From Eledone cirrhosa (taxonomy: Eukaryota), in the NCBI GenBank assembly GCA_964016885.1, contig OZ024765.1, positions 10,416,001 through 10,480,000 of the forward strand: 64,000 bases of DNA, read 5' to 3'. Positions 50,849 to 62,846 of this stretch are shown piece after piece. Position 1 is the first letter of the stretch, and each line of letters starts with the position of its first letter. The position numbers and the translations under genes were made by a program. The notes beneath the pieces were generated by a model. It worked only from the letters and a program-made list of their open reading frames with translations, was not told the DNA's origin and did no database searches.

Positions 50849-50884
50849 GTGAGTAGATAGATAGATCTCTGTTTGTTGTAGGTT

Positions 50885-52055
50885 AGGCGCATGACTTAGT
50901 GGTTAGAGTGTTGGGCTGACAATTGTGAGGTTGTGTGTTGGATTCTCAGGCCGACCGGGTGATGTGTTGTGTCCTTGAACAAGACACTTTATTTCACTTT
51001 GCTCCAATTTACTCAGCTGTAGAGATGAGTTGTGACGTCACTGGTGCCAAGCTGTCTCGGTGTGTATATAGTGCCAAGCTGTCTATGGTGTGTATATAGT
51101 GCCAAGCTGTCTATGGTGTGTATATAGTGTATATATATTTTACATAGTGTCTATATAATGTATATAAGAGTTGCAACGTCACTGGTGCCAAGCTGTCTCG
51201 GCCTTTCCCTTGGACAATATCTTATATAGTATATATATAGAGTATATGGTGTGTATATAGTGTATATATATTTTACATAGTGTCTATATAATGTATATAA
51301 GAGTTGCAACGTCACTGGTGCCAAGCTGTCTCGGCCTTTCCCTTGGACAATATCTTATAGTATATATATAGAGTATATGGTGTGTATATAGTGTATATAT
51401 ATTTTACATAGTGTCTATATAATGTATATAAGAGTTGCAACGTCACTGGTGCCAAGCTGTCTCGGCCTTTCCCTTGGACAATATCTTATAGTATATATAT
51501 ATATATATATATAGAGTATATGGTGTGTATATAGTGTATATATATTTTACATAGTGTCTATATAATGTATATAAGAGTTGCAACGTCACTGGTGCCAAGC
51601 TGTCTCGGCCTTTCCCTTGGACAATATCTTATAGTATATATATAGAGTATATGGTGTGTATATAGTGTATATATATTTTACATAGTGTCTATATAATGTA
51701 TATAAGAGTTGCAACGTCACTGGTGCCAAGCTGTCTCGGCCTTTCCTTTGGACAATATCTTATAGTATATATATAGAGACTATATAGTGTATATATATTA
51801 TATATATGGTGTGTATATAGTGTATATATATTTTACATAGTGTCTATATAATGTATATAAGAGTTGCGACGTCACTGGTGCCAAGCTGTATCGGCCATTG
51901 CTTTTCCCTTGCACGACATGGGTGGCATGGAGAGGGGAGACTGGAATGCATGGGTGACTTCCACAAAAAACCTTGCCCGGACTTGTACCTCAAAGGGGAA
52001 CGCTCTAGGTGCAAATCTCATGGTCATTCGTGACCGAAGGGGGTCTTTACCCATT
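50885..52055 (+). mobile_element. CORE-like SINE with an alternative tail, split by a ~131-bp tandem array
   Basis: Head at 50885. gagttgcaacgtcactggtgccaagctg recurs at 51168, 51301, 51432, 51575, 51706 and 51861. The tail ...gaagggggtctttaccc is also at 34130-34272. Confidence 0.8.
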
Positions 52056-52300
52056 AGGGATTAGGGGCATTCGGGTCACAGTCGTAAGGACGTTTGTTTT
52101 ATTCCTGGCGGTGTGCTGTGTCCTTGAGCAAGACACTCTATTTCACGTTGCTCCAGTCCACTCAGCTGACAAAAAAGAGTTGTACCTGTAATTCAATGGT
52201 CCAGCCTTGTCACATTCTGTGTCATGCTGAATCTCCCTAAGAACTATGTTAAAGTTACACTATTATTAGTTTTATGCTTAATATAGTAGGAAAATAGCCT

Positions 52301-52329
52301 TAATGTTTCGAGCGCTAGTCCTTCATCAG
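52301..52329 (-). ncRNA. Hammerhead-like motif, degenerate
   Basis: The minus strand reads CTGATGA-a-ggac-tagc-gctc-GAAA-ca-TTA. Confidence 0.4.
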
Positions 52330-52700
52330 AAAATAGAACGAGGAGATGGGTAGTGACAGAAACGAAAAAAATATGAAAACATATATTATATATTTATATA
52401 CAATAAACATCTTGCCTTTCTTGGGTCTTAGTAACCCCTTTTATTTTAGTGGCTTTATTGCCTTGCTTGTGGGTGAGTAATAATGGTACAAAAAAATAAA
52501 AAAAATGGGGGTAAAGTTTAATAAACTAAGATTTTTTTCAATTCGCTGACACGTGTGTATATATATATATATGTGTATGTGCATATGCATACATTTATAT
52601 GTATGAGCATATAAATATAAACACGCAAACACAGACACACTTACAAAAAATACACACTCACAGACATATATTCACACAAACACACATGCACATACACTCA

Positions 52701-53165
52701 CACAGGGTAGCAAATGGAACACCAGTCGCTGTTTTGCTATAGTTTATTTTACCATCCCCGTCCTTCATTCCTTTTACACACACATACAGTCACACACAGG
52801 GTAGCAAATGGAACACCAGTCGCTGTTTTGCTATAGTTTATTTTACCATCCCCGTCCTTCATTCCTTTTACACACACACACAGTCACACACAGGGTAGCA
52901 AATGGAACACCAGTCGCTGTTTTGCTATAGTTTATTTTACCATCCCCGTCCTTCATTCCTTTTACACACACATAGTCACACACAGGGTAGCAAATGGAAC
53001 ACCAGTCGCTGTTTTGCTATAGTTTATTTTACCATCCCCGTCCTTCATTCCTTTTACACACACATACAGTCACACACAGGGTAGCAAATGGAACACCGGT
53101 CGCTGTTTTGCTATAGTTTATTTTACCATCCCCGTCCTTCATTCCTTTTACACACACACACACAC
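52701..53165 (+). repeat. 92-94-bp tandem repeat, 5 copies
   Basis: cacagggtagcaaatggaacacc at 52701, 52795, 52889, 52981 and 53075. Confidence 0.95.
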
Positions 53166-53253
53166 ATTGTGTGATGGATGGACAGACGGAAGCTGCTCAA
53201 ATTTATATATAGATGGCTTTTTGAGATTTAACTGTTCATGTTTCAATTTTCAG

Positions 53254-53457
53254 AAGTCCTGAATCCCAGTGAAGATACTTTAACAGTGGCTTCTATAACC
53301 CCTCAGTGTGACGATACGACAACCCCAGCTAATTCCTGCAGTAAAGACTTTGATGATGATGTCTTGCAGATGTCCCTTAATATAACTGCTGCTGAAATTC
53401 CGGAACCTTCACTAGATCTGGAGTCTTTTTTAGAATTTGCACCACCACTTGGTTCCT
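53254..53457 (+). CDS. ZMYM4: Coding exon 10 (KVLNPSED...DDDVLQMSL...SLDLES...)
   Basis: tttcag acceptor, T|gtaagt donor, phase 1-1. DxLQMxL and DLE motifs resemble woc-family proteins. Confidence 0.85.
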
Positions 53458-54423
53458 GTAAGTACTTTAATGTCTTTGTTGTTGGTGTTGGTGTTGGTGT
53501 TGGTGTTGGTGTTGGTGTTGTTGGTGTTGGTTTTGTAGCTCTTGTTGTTGGTGGAGGTAGGTGGTGGTGTTGTTGGTGACAGTGGTGGTAGTTTTGTTGG
53601 TGGTGGTGGGTGGTAGTGTTGTTGGTTGTGGTGGTAGTGTTGTTGGTGGTGGGTGGGTGGTAGTGTTGTTGGTGGAGGTGTGTGTGTGTGTGTGGTTTTG
53701 TAGCTCTTGTTGTTGGTGGAGGTAGGTGGTGGTGGTGGTGTTGTTGGTGACAGTGGTGGTAGTTTTGTTGGTGGTGGTGGGTGGTAGTGTTGTTGGTTGT
53801 GGTGGTAGTGTTGTTGGTGGTGGCGGGTTGGAGCTGTTGTTGGTTTTGTAGCAATTCTAGTTCTTGTTGTGGTTGCAATTGTTATTGTTGGTATTGTATT
53901 GTTGTTTATGATGGTGAAGTTAACCCTTTTGTTACCAAATTTCTAATGAAACCTACAGCCAGTGGGTTCATATACACAGCAGGATAATGGTGATGGTAAA
54001 TTGGAGCAATGTGAAATAAAGTGTCTTGCTTAAGGAAACAATATATATATATATATCTTCTTCATCCACTTATTCCTGAGAGGGTCGTGGAGACAGAGTC
54101 CTCAAACACTCCCTCTCCCTCTAGCAAGATCCCAAAGTAAGACCATTCAAGCTCATGGATGTTATCGAACCATCTTGCTTGGAGGTCTACCCCTGGGTCT
54201 CTTGCCAGTTGGTTTTTGCCCTTAAAATCTATCCAGCAATTCTCTCCTGAGACATATGCCCATAATATCAGAGCTGTGATCTCTCAATTTGGAGTAGTAG
54301 TGGCTCTACCTGAAGTGACTCTCTGATCTCCAAGCTACACACTTTATCGAGTAATGCTACTCCAAAGAGCCTTCGGAGGAACCCCATTTTGGTTGCTTGT
54401 ATTCGTGATATGTATATACATGT

Positions 54424-54748
54424 GGAGGCACATGGCTTAGTGGTTAGAGCATTGGCCCTGCAATCGAAAGGTTGTGAGTTCTATTCTCAGACCGGGTGAT
54501 GTGTTGTTTCCTTGAGCAAGACACTTTATTTCACATTGCTTCAGTTTACTCAGCTGTAGAAATGAGATGATAGGGACTGGGGTCCCTATCATTCCACTGT
54601 AAAGTGGTCATGGAGGTGCCACAGCAAAAAAGCACCCAGCACTCACTGTAAATGAGGTTGGTGTTAGGAAGGGCATCCAGCTGTAGAAATCAAGCCAGAA
54701 TCAGTTCCCGAAAAGTGGACGTAAAATGAAATGATGATGATGATGATG
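54424..54748 (+). mobile_element. SINE type A, full length
   Basis: Same as 34441-34795 with a small 3' deletion. Confidence 0.9.
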
Positions 54749-54829
54749 ACACATACACACACTCACACACACACACTCACACATCTACATACATATAGTA
54801 ATCATCATCATCATCGTTTAACGTCCATC

Positions 54830-57800
54830 TTCCACGCTAGCATGGGTCATATATTCCACGCTAGCATGGGTCATATATTCCACGCTAACATGTGTCATAT
54901 ATTCCACACTAGCATGGGTCATATATTCCACGCTAGCATGGGTCATATATTCCACGCTAGCTTATTTTACTCTAGCATGGGTCATATATTCCACGCTAGC
55001 TTATTTTACTCTAGCATGGGTCATATATTCCACGCTAGCATGGGTCATATATTCCACGCTAGCATGGGTCATATATTCCACGCTAGCAGGGGTCATATAT
55101 TCCACGCTAGCTTATTTTACTCTAGCATGGGTCATATATTCCATGCTAGCATGGGTCATATATTCCACGCTAGCATGGGTCATATATTCCACGCTAGCAT
55201 GGGTCATATATTCCACGCTAGCATGGGTCATATATTCCATGCTAGCATGGGTCATATATTCCACGCTAGCATGGGTCATATATTCCACGCTAGCATGGGT
55301 CATATATTCCATGCTAGCTTGGGTCATATATTCCACGCTAGCATGGGTCATATATTCCACGCTAGCTTGGGTCATATATTCCATGCTAGCTTGGGTCATA
55401 TATTCCACGCTAGCTTGGGTCATATATTCCACGCTAGCTTGGGTCATATATTCCACGCTAGCATGGGTCATATATTCCACGCTAGCTTGGGTCATATATT
55501 CCACGCTAGCATGGGTCATATATTCCACGCTAGCATGGGTCATATATTCCACGCTAGCATGGGTCATATATTCCATGCTAGCATGGGTCATATATTCCAC
55601 GCTAGCATGGGTCATATATTCCACGCTAGCTTGGGTCATATATTCCATGCTAGCTTGGGTCATATATTCCACGCTAGCTTGGGTCATATATTCCACGCTA
55701 GCTTGGGTCATATATTCCACGCTAGCATGGGTCATATATTCCACGCTAGCTTGGGTCATATATTCCACGCTAGCATGGGTCATATATTCCACGCTAGCAT
55801 GGGTCATATATTCCACGCTAGCATGGGTCATATATTCCACGCTAGCATGGGTCATATATTCCACGCTAGCTTGGGTCATATATTCCACGCTAGCATGGGT
55901 CATATATTCCACGCTAGCATGGGTCATATATTCCACGCTAGCATGGGTCATATATTCCACGCTAGCTTGGGTCATATATTCCACGCTAGCATGGGTCATA
56001 TATTCCACGCTAGCATGGGTCATATATTCCACGCTAGCATGGGTCATATATTCCACGCTAGCATGGGTCATATATTCCACGCTAGCATGGGTCATATATT
56101 CCACGCTAGCTTGGGTCATATATTCCATGCTAGCTTGGGTCATATATTCCACGCTAGCATGGGTCATATATTCCACGCTAGCATGGGTCATATATTCCAC
56201 GCTAGCTTGGGTCATATATTCCACGCTAGCATGGGTCATATATTCCACGCTAGCATGGGTCATATATTCCACGCTAGCATGGGTCATATATTCCACGCTA
56301 GCATGGGTCATATATTCCACGCTAGCATGGGTCATATATTCCACGCTAGCATGGGTCATATATTCCACGCTAGCATGGGTCATATATTCCACGCTAGCAT
56401 GGGTCATATATTCCACGCTAGCATGGGTCATATATTCCACGCTAGCATGGGTCATATATTCCACGCTAGCATGGGTCATATATTCCACGCTAGCATGGGT
56501 CATATATTCCACGCTAGCATGGGTCATATATTCCACGCTAGCATGGGTCATATATTCCACGCTAGCATGGGTCATATATTCCACGCTAGCATGGGTCATA
56601 TATTCCACGCTAGCATGGGTCATATATTCCACGCTAGCATGGGTCATATATTCCACTCTAGCATGGGTCATATATTCCACTCTAGCATGGGTCATATATT
56701 CCACGCTAGCATGGGTCATATATTCCACGCTAGCTTATTTTACTCTAGCATGGGTCATATATTCCACGCTAGCATGGGTCATATATTCCACGCTAGCATG
56801 GGTCATATATTCCACGCTAGCATGGGTCATATATTCCACGCTAGCATGGGTCATATATTCCACGCTAGCATGGGTCATATATTCCACACTAGCATGGGTC
56901 ATATATTCCACGCTAGCATGGGTCATATATTCCACGCTAGCTTATTTTACTCTAGCATGGGTCATATATTCCACGCTAGCTTATTTTACTCTAGCATGGG
57001 TCATATATTCCACGCTAGCATGGGTCATATATTCCACGCTAGCATGGGTCATATATTCCACGCTAGCATGGGTCATATATTCCACGCTAGCTTGGGTCAT
57101 ATATTCCACGCTAGCATGGGTCATATATTCCACGCTAGCTTATTTTACTCTAGCATGGGTCATATATTCCACGCTAGCATGGGTCATATATTCCACGCTA
57201 GCATGGGTCATATATTCCACGCTAGCTTGGGTCATATATTCCACGCTAGCTTGGGTCATATATTCCACGCTAGCATGGGTCATATATTCCACGCTAGCTT
57301 GGGTCATATATTCCACGCTAGCATGGGTCATATATTCCACGCTAGCTTGGGTCATATATTCCACGCTAGCATGGGTCATATATTCCACGCTAGCATGGGT
57401 CATATATTCCACGCTAGCATGGGTCATATATTCCACGCTAGCATGGGTCATATATTCCACACTAGCATGGGTCATATATTCCACGCTAGCATGGGTCATA
57501 TATTCCACACTAGCATGGGTCATATATTCCACGCTAGCATGGGTCATATATTCCACACTAGCATGGGTCATATATTCCACGCTAGCATGGGTCATATATT
57601 CCACGCTAGCATGGGTCATATATTCCACGCTAGCATGGGTCATATATTCCACGCTAGCATGGGTCATATATTCCACGCTAGCATGGGTCATATATTCCAC
57701 GCTAGCATGGGTCATATATTCCACGCTAGCTTATTTTACTCTAGCATGGGTCATATATTCCACGCTAGCATGGGTCATATATTCCACGCTAGCTTATTTT

Positions 57801-58530
57801 ACTCTAGCATGGGTCATATATTCCATGCTAGCATGGGTCATATATTCCACGCTAGCATGGGTCATATATTCCATGCTAGCATGGGTCATATATTCCACGC
57901 TAGCATGGGTCATATATTCCACGCTAGCTTATTTTACTCTAGCATGGGTCATATATTCCATGCTAGCATGGGTCATATATTCCACGCTAGCATGGGTCAT
58001 ATATTCCACGCTAGCATGGGTCATATATTCCACGCTAGCATGGGTCATATATTCCACGCTAGCATGGGTCATATATTCCACGCTAGCATGGGTCATATAT
58101 TCCACGCTAGCTTATTTTACTCTAGCATGGGTCATATATTCCACGCTAGCATGGGTCATATATTCCACGCTAGCTTATTTTACTCTAGCATGGGTCATAT
58201 ATTCCATGCTAGCATGGGTCATATATTCCACGCTAGCATGGGTCATATATTCCATGCTAGCATGGGTCATATATTCCACGCTAGCATGGGTCATATATTC
58301 CACGCTAGCTTATTTTACTCTAGCATGGGTCATATATTCCATGCTAGCATGGGTCATATATTCCACGCTAGCATGGGTCATATATTCCACGCTAGCATGG
58401 GTCATATATTCCACGCTAGCTTGGGTCATATATTCCACACTAGCATGGGTCATATATTCCACGCTAGCATGGGTCATATATTCCACACTAGCATGGGTCA
58501 TATATTCCACACTAGCATGGGTCATATATT
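54830..58530. repeat. 3.7-kb 24-bp minisatellite (about 150 units)
   Basis: Unit ttccacgctagcatgggtcatata, with a recurrent 15-bp variant (tagcttattttactc). It is preceded by an inverted RTE 3' terminus catcatcatcgtttaacgtccatc. Confidence 0.97.
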
Positions 58531-58621
58531 GTATAAAGTGAAACGATGAAGTTATCTTATTTTATTTTATTTTATTTTTTTCCTTTCAAATCTAATCTTT
58601 CGTCTCTTTCTGTCTTTGCAG

Positions 58622-59059
58622 CCAATACTACCTCTGTGCTGAAAGGACGGCTGGACATAAAGTCCAAACAGGGTGGGAGGGGAGGTAACAAACGGCCGGC
58701 AGTGACTCCTGGACGTGGGGTTCGGCGGAACAAGCGTTCACGTGTTGGCAGTGGCGACGACGACTCGTTCCTCTTGGAAGGGGACGACAACACCGACAGC
58801 CAGCACATGTCGCCTGATTCCAACATGAGCTTGAAGTATACTTACGGTGTCTACGCATGGAGACAGTGGGTGTTGCAGAAAAATGCCCAGCTCGAGAAAG
58901 TGTCCAAATCTGGCCCGGGTCGTTTAAAACTGTTCAAAACCAACCTGCTGCAGTGCACCCCGGACGAGTTGAACTACTCCCTTTGTCTGTTCGTCAAGGA
59001 AGTACGGAAACCGAACAAGGATGAGTATTCTCCAGACAGCATACTTTACCTGTGTTTGG
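58622..59059 (+). CDS. ZMYM4: Coding exon 11: basic NLS-like stretch then LKYTYGVYAWRQW...ELNYSLCLFVKEVRKPNKDEYSPDSILYLCL
   Basis: ttgcag acceptor, G|gtgagt donor. Strongly conserved ZMYM/QRICH1-type region preceding DUF3504. Confidence 0.95.
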
Positions 59060-59071
59060 GTGAGTGGCAAT

Positions 59072-59640
59072 TGTCGTCATCATCGTTGTCATCATCATCA
59101 TCATTATCATCGTTGTTATAATCATTGTTGCCATCATCGTTGTCATCATCATCATTATCATCATCGTTGTTATAATCATTGTTGCCATCATCGTTGTCAT
59201 CATCATCATTATCATCATCGTTGTCATCATCATTATCATCGTTGTCATCATTACCATCATCATCATCATCATCATTATCATCATCATCATCGTTGTCATC
59301 ATCCTCATCATCATTATCATCATTATCATCATCATCATTATCATTATCATCGTTATCATCATCATTGTCATCATCATCATTGTCATCATCATCATTATCA
59401 TCATCGTTGTCATCATTATCATCGTTGTCATCATTACCATCATCATCATCATCATCATTATCATCATCATCATCGTTGTCATCATCCTCATCATCATTAT
59501 CATCATCATCATTATCATTATCATTATCATCATCATCATCGTCATTATCATCATCGTCATCGTCATTATCATCATTGTCATCATCATCATCATCATTGTC
59601 ATCATCGTCATTGTCATCATCATCATCGTCATCATCATTC
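59072..59640. repeat. (TCA)n-derived compound repeat immediately after the exon 11 donor
   Basis: Direct reading. Confidence 0.95.
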
Positions 59641-59721
59641 AGCATCACAACCTTTTCATCATAGCCACCATCAACTTAAATGTTCTTACATAAAATTCTG
59701 ATGGAAAGTTTTTAGACAAAT

Positions 59722-59758
<37 letters not shown>

Positions 59759-60020
59759 CCGTTTTACGGCCATTCTTCCACGCTAGCATGGGTTAGACGG
59801 GTTGTCCTGTTGTGGGCAGTGCCCGGTCGGCTGACCTTGTCTTGCTCATACGGGAACTGATTCTGGCTTGATCTCTACAGCTGGATGCCCTTCCTAACAC
59901 CCAGCTCATTTACAGTGAGTGCTGGGTGCTTTTTGGCCGTGGCACCTCCACGACCACCTTGCAGTGGGGGTTGTGGGGGCATATTGTCTATATGCTTCAG
60001 CTTCAGCTTGTACCCGTGGG
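59722..60020 (-). mobile_element. RTE LINE 3' UTR copy
   Basis: Reverse complement of 33135-33340-like sequence with a (GAT)n tail. Confidence 0.85.
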
Positions 60021-60404
60021 GGGTCGGATACTCTACAATATTTCTGATAAAAGACACTGCTTATGACTTTTAAATAATTTTATAAATAATCAAGAATTTT
60101 GAGGGATTTAGTAATACAACTAACTTTCTCATCATTAACCTTTTAGCATTTACATTACTCTATATTTACTAATGTATTTTCACGGTAAATACTTTATCTC
60201 ACATAATTGTCTCATATAACGTTGAATCTATGGGATTTTGATATAATTTATTTTGAGAACAATACCTTAACATAAGTATGGGATTTAATAATATTACTAA
60301 CTCTCTGATTATTATGCTGGTGTTTGGAACAAGTTAAATTTTCTTACAGAAGATTATGAAGGAAAGATTTTAAAAATACACATAAATACTTAAACAGCTT
60401 AATA

Positions 60405-60694
60405 CAGTCATGCGCAAACTGTGACCCATGTGTCTTTCTGAATGATAAGCCTACTTGCAAAATTGCCTTGAATTTTTTAGTAATATGATGAACCACAACC
60501 ATTGCCAGATTTACTGTTGTGCCTAGGTGTGCTTAAACACAGGGCCCCGTTGGCCAGAGGAAAGCCCATCTTCCTGCCAAAAGATGTTTTTACAATGGGG
60601 CCTCATAACTTATCTAGCATAGGGCCTTGTCCTAAATCCGGCACTGACCACAATGTATGTGGCCCACTGCTCATGAAAAGGTTGCCCATGCCTG
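60405..60694. mobile_element. hAT MITE (same ends as 63118-63259) with a nested insertion
   Basis: CAGTCATGCGCAAACT ... AGGTTGCCCATGCCTG with a degraded TSD gcttaata/gctgagta. Confidence 0.7.
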
Positions 60695-60803
60695 GCTGAG
60701 TATCATAGCATCATGGTGGAAGTTGTATGAAGTGGGTTGGGTCAATGTTTTTGTTATTATTGTTCACTAATTCTTCTGTTTCTTCTCTTATCATCACCAC
60801 CAG

Positions 60804-60929
60804 GCATTCAACAATATCTATTTGAAAATGGTAGGATTGACAATATTTTCACAGACATGTATTATGAAAAGTTCACTGAATGTCTCAATGAAATTTTGAT
60901 ACGATATCAACCCAAGATCAATGGAATGG
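60804..60929 (+). CDS. ZMYM4: Coding exon 12 (GIQQYLFENGRIDNIFTDMYY...)
   Basis: caccag acceptor, G|gtaagt donor. It continues LCL-GIQQYL from exon 11. Confidence 0.94.
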
Positions 60930-61659
60930 GTAAGTATCGGAGTTCCGTCATCATTTAACATCCATTCTCCACATTAGCAAGGGTTAGTCAAGTCATATCA
61001 GAACATGTCGTAACATAGCTGGAGTCTTTGACCTCTCAGTTGAACCAGGGGCCTACAGCCCATTTACTGGCATTCCTATATTTCACAGAACCCACTGAGT
61101 ATGTTGGCACCAGTTGGATGGATCGTCATAGAAGAACATGTAACAACATAGCCAGAGCCATTTGCCTCTCAGATAAACCAGGGGCTTGCATCTTGTCTGC
61201 ATACTTTACATACTCAAATATAAGCCTCCTCCCCAATTTTATGTCTGAGAAATGGGCAAAAATCCAAACCCCATTTACAAGCCGAGGCAGCTAATCAACT
61301 CATTGTTTAGATGGCGTATCTAAGCCCCTCTTTTGTTTTAAAAATGTACCTAAAATATTACAACTAGAATTACGACGTAGATGATAATAAAAAAAATATG
61401 GTGTTTTAACTTTATAATTTTCACCTGACATTCATAGTTTAACCCTTTAGCATTTACATTACTCTATATATACTATTGTATTTGTGTGGTAAAGGCTTAT
61501 CTTACATGATTATCTCACATAATATCGAATCGATGAGATTTTGATGTTATTTATTTTGAGAACAATACCTTAAAGTTGGTATGAGTGGCAGGTTACGGTT
61601 GATTTGAACAGAATGAGGTGAGAGAATTCTGGCCAGTTTGAATTATTGTAACTCTAAAC

Positions 61660-62545
61660 GCATATCTAAATAGAGTGGACTGGGTGCTTTTTATTGTGGC
61701 TCTAAAACATATCTAATAGGGTGGACTGGGTGCTTTTTATTGTGGCTCTAAAACACATATCTAATAGAGTGGACTGGGTGCTTTTTATTGTGGCTCTAAA
61801 ACATATCTAATAGAGTGGACTGGGTGCTTTTTATTGTGGCTCTAAAACATATCTAATAGGGTGGACTGGGTGCTTTTTATTGTGGCTCTAAAACACATAT
61901 CTAATAGAGTGGACTGGGTGCTTTTTATTGTGGCTCTAAAACATATCTAATAGGGTGGACTGGGTGCTTTTTATTGTGGCTCTAAAACACATATCTAATA
62001 GAGTGGACTGGGTGCTTTTTATTGTGGCTCTAAAACACATATCTAATAGAGTGGACTGGGTGCTTTTTATTGTGGCTCTAAAACATATCTAATAGGGTGG
62101 ACTGGGTGCTTTTTATTGTGGCTCTAAAACATATCTAATAGAGTGGACTGGGTGCTTTTTATTGTGGCTCTAAAACACATATCTAATAGAGTGGACTGGG
62201 TGCTTTTTATTGTGGCTCTAAAACATATCTAATAGGGTGGACTGGGTGCTTTTTATTGTGGCTCTAAAATGCATATCTTACAGGGTGGACTAGGTGCTTT
62301 TTAGTCAGCTATAGCACAACCATCTACAAGATGGACTTGGTACTTTCCCATTGTGGCACTAAAACGACTACTTTACAGGGTGGATTGAGTGCTTTTTATT
62401 GTGGCTCTAAAACACATATCTAACAGGGTGAATTGGGTGCTTTTTATTGTAGTTGTAATGTGACTACCTTACAGGGTGGACTGGGTGCTTTTTATTGCAG
62501 ATTTAAAACAACTATTTTACAGGGTGGACTGGGTGCTTTTTAGTC
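61660..62545 (-). repeat. 46-48-bp minisatellite of the same RTE 3' UTR motif, inverted orientation
   Basis: Unit agagtggactgggtgctttttattgtggctctaaaacatatctaat. Its reverse complement contains aaaaagcacccagtccactct. Confidence 0.93.
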
Positions 62546-62612
62546 ACGGCACAGTACTTTTTTTTTAACTAATGTGCTGCTTTCTTTTTTTCCTTATTTT
62601 GTGTCATTTCAG

Positions 62613-62846
62613 GCCAGTTGGTGTGTCGCATTGAAGAAGAGTACCTTTGGGAGTGCAAACAACTCGGTGCTCACTCCCCGCATGTGTTACTCAATACACT
62701 GATCTACTTCAACACCAAACACTTCATGCTGAAAACCCCAGAGGACCACATAAAGCTCTCCTTCACCCACATCATGAAGCACTGGAAGAAATCCATACCT
62801 GGTAAAGGAGGTTCCGGCCGAAGTGTTTACCTCAGATATTATTGCA
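62613..62846 (+). CDS. ZMYM4: Coding exon 13: start of DUF3504 (RIEEEYLWECKQLGAHSPHVLLNTLIYFNTKHF...LRYYC)
   Basis: tttcag acceptor. The probable donor is A|gtacgt at 62846, which is less certain. LWECKQLGAxSPxVLLNTL is diagnostic of ZMYM DUF3504. Confidence 0.92.

Larger units (their letters stand above)
14477..62846 (+). other. ZMYM4: Multi-exon gene: MYM-type zinc finger protein, ZMYM2/3/4 / woc orthologue (13 coding exons in window, 3' end outside, upstream 5'UTR exon not located)
   Basis: Hand-spliced exon chain with GT-AG introns and matching phases gives a continuous frame of about 1413 codons. It contains CxxC...FCSxxC MYM fingers, the PVPVPIYVP segment, the IPADPFEAELLMMAE motif and DUF3504-type motifs. 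The symbol is approximate because invertebrates have one gene co-orthologous to ZMYM2/3/4. Confidence 0.93.

Noticed and set aside
54731-58549. 1272-aa (ASMGHIFH)n and 1132-aa ORFs
   Set aside because: A 24-bp unit without stops gives open frames automatically. The unit derives from a retroposon terminus and lies within intron 10.
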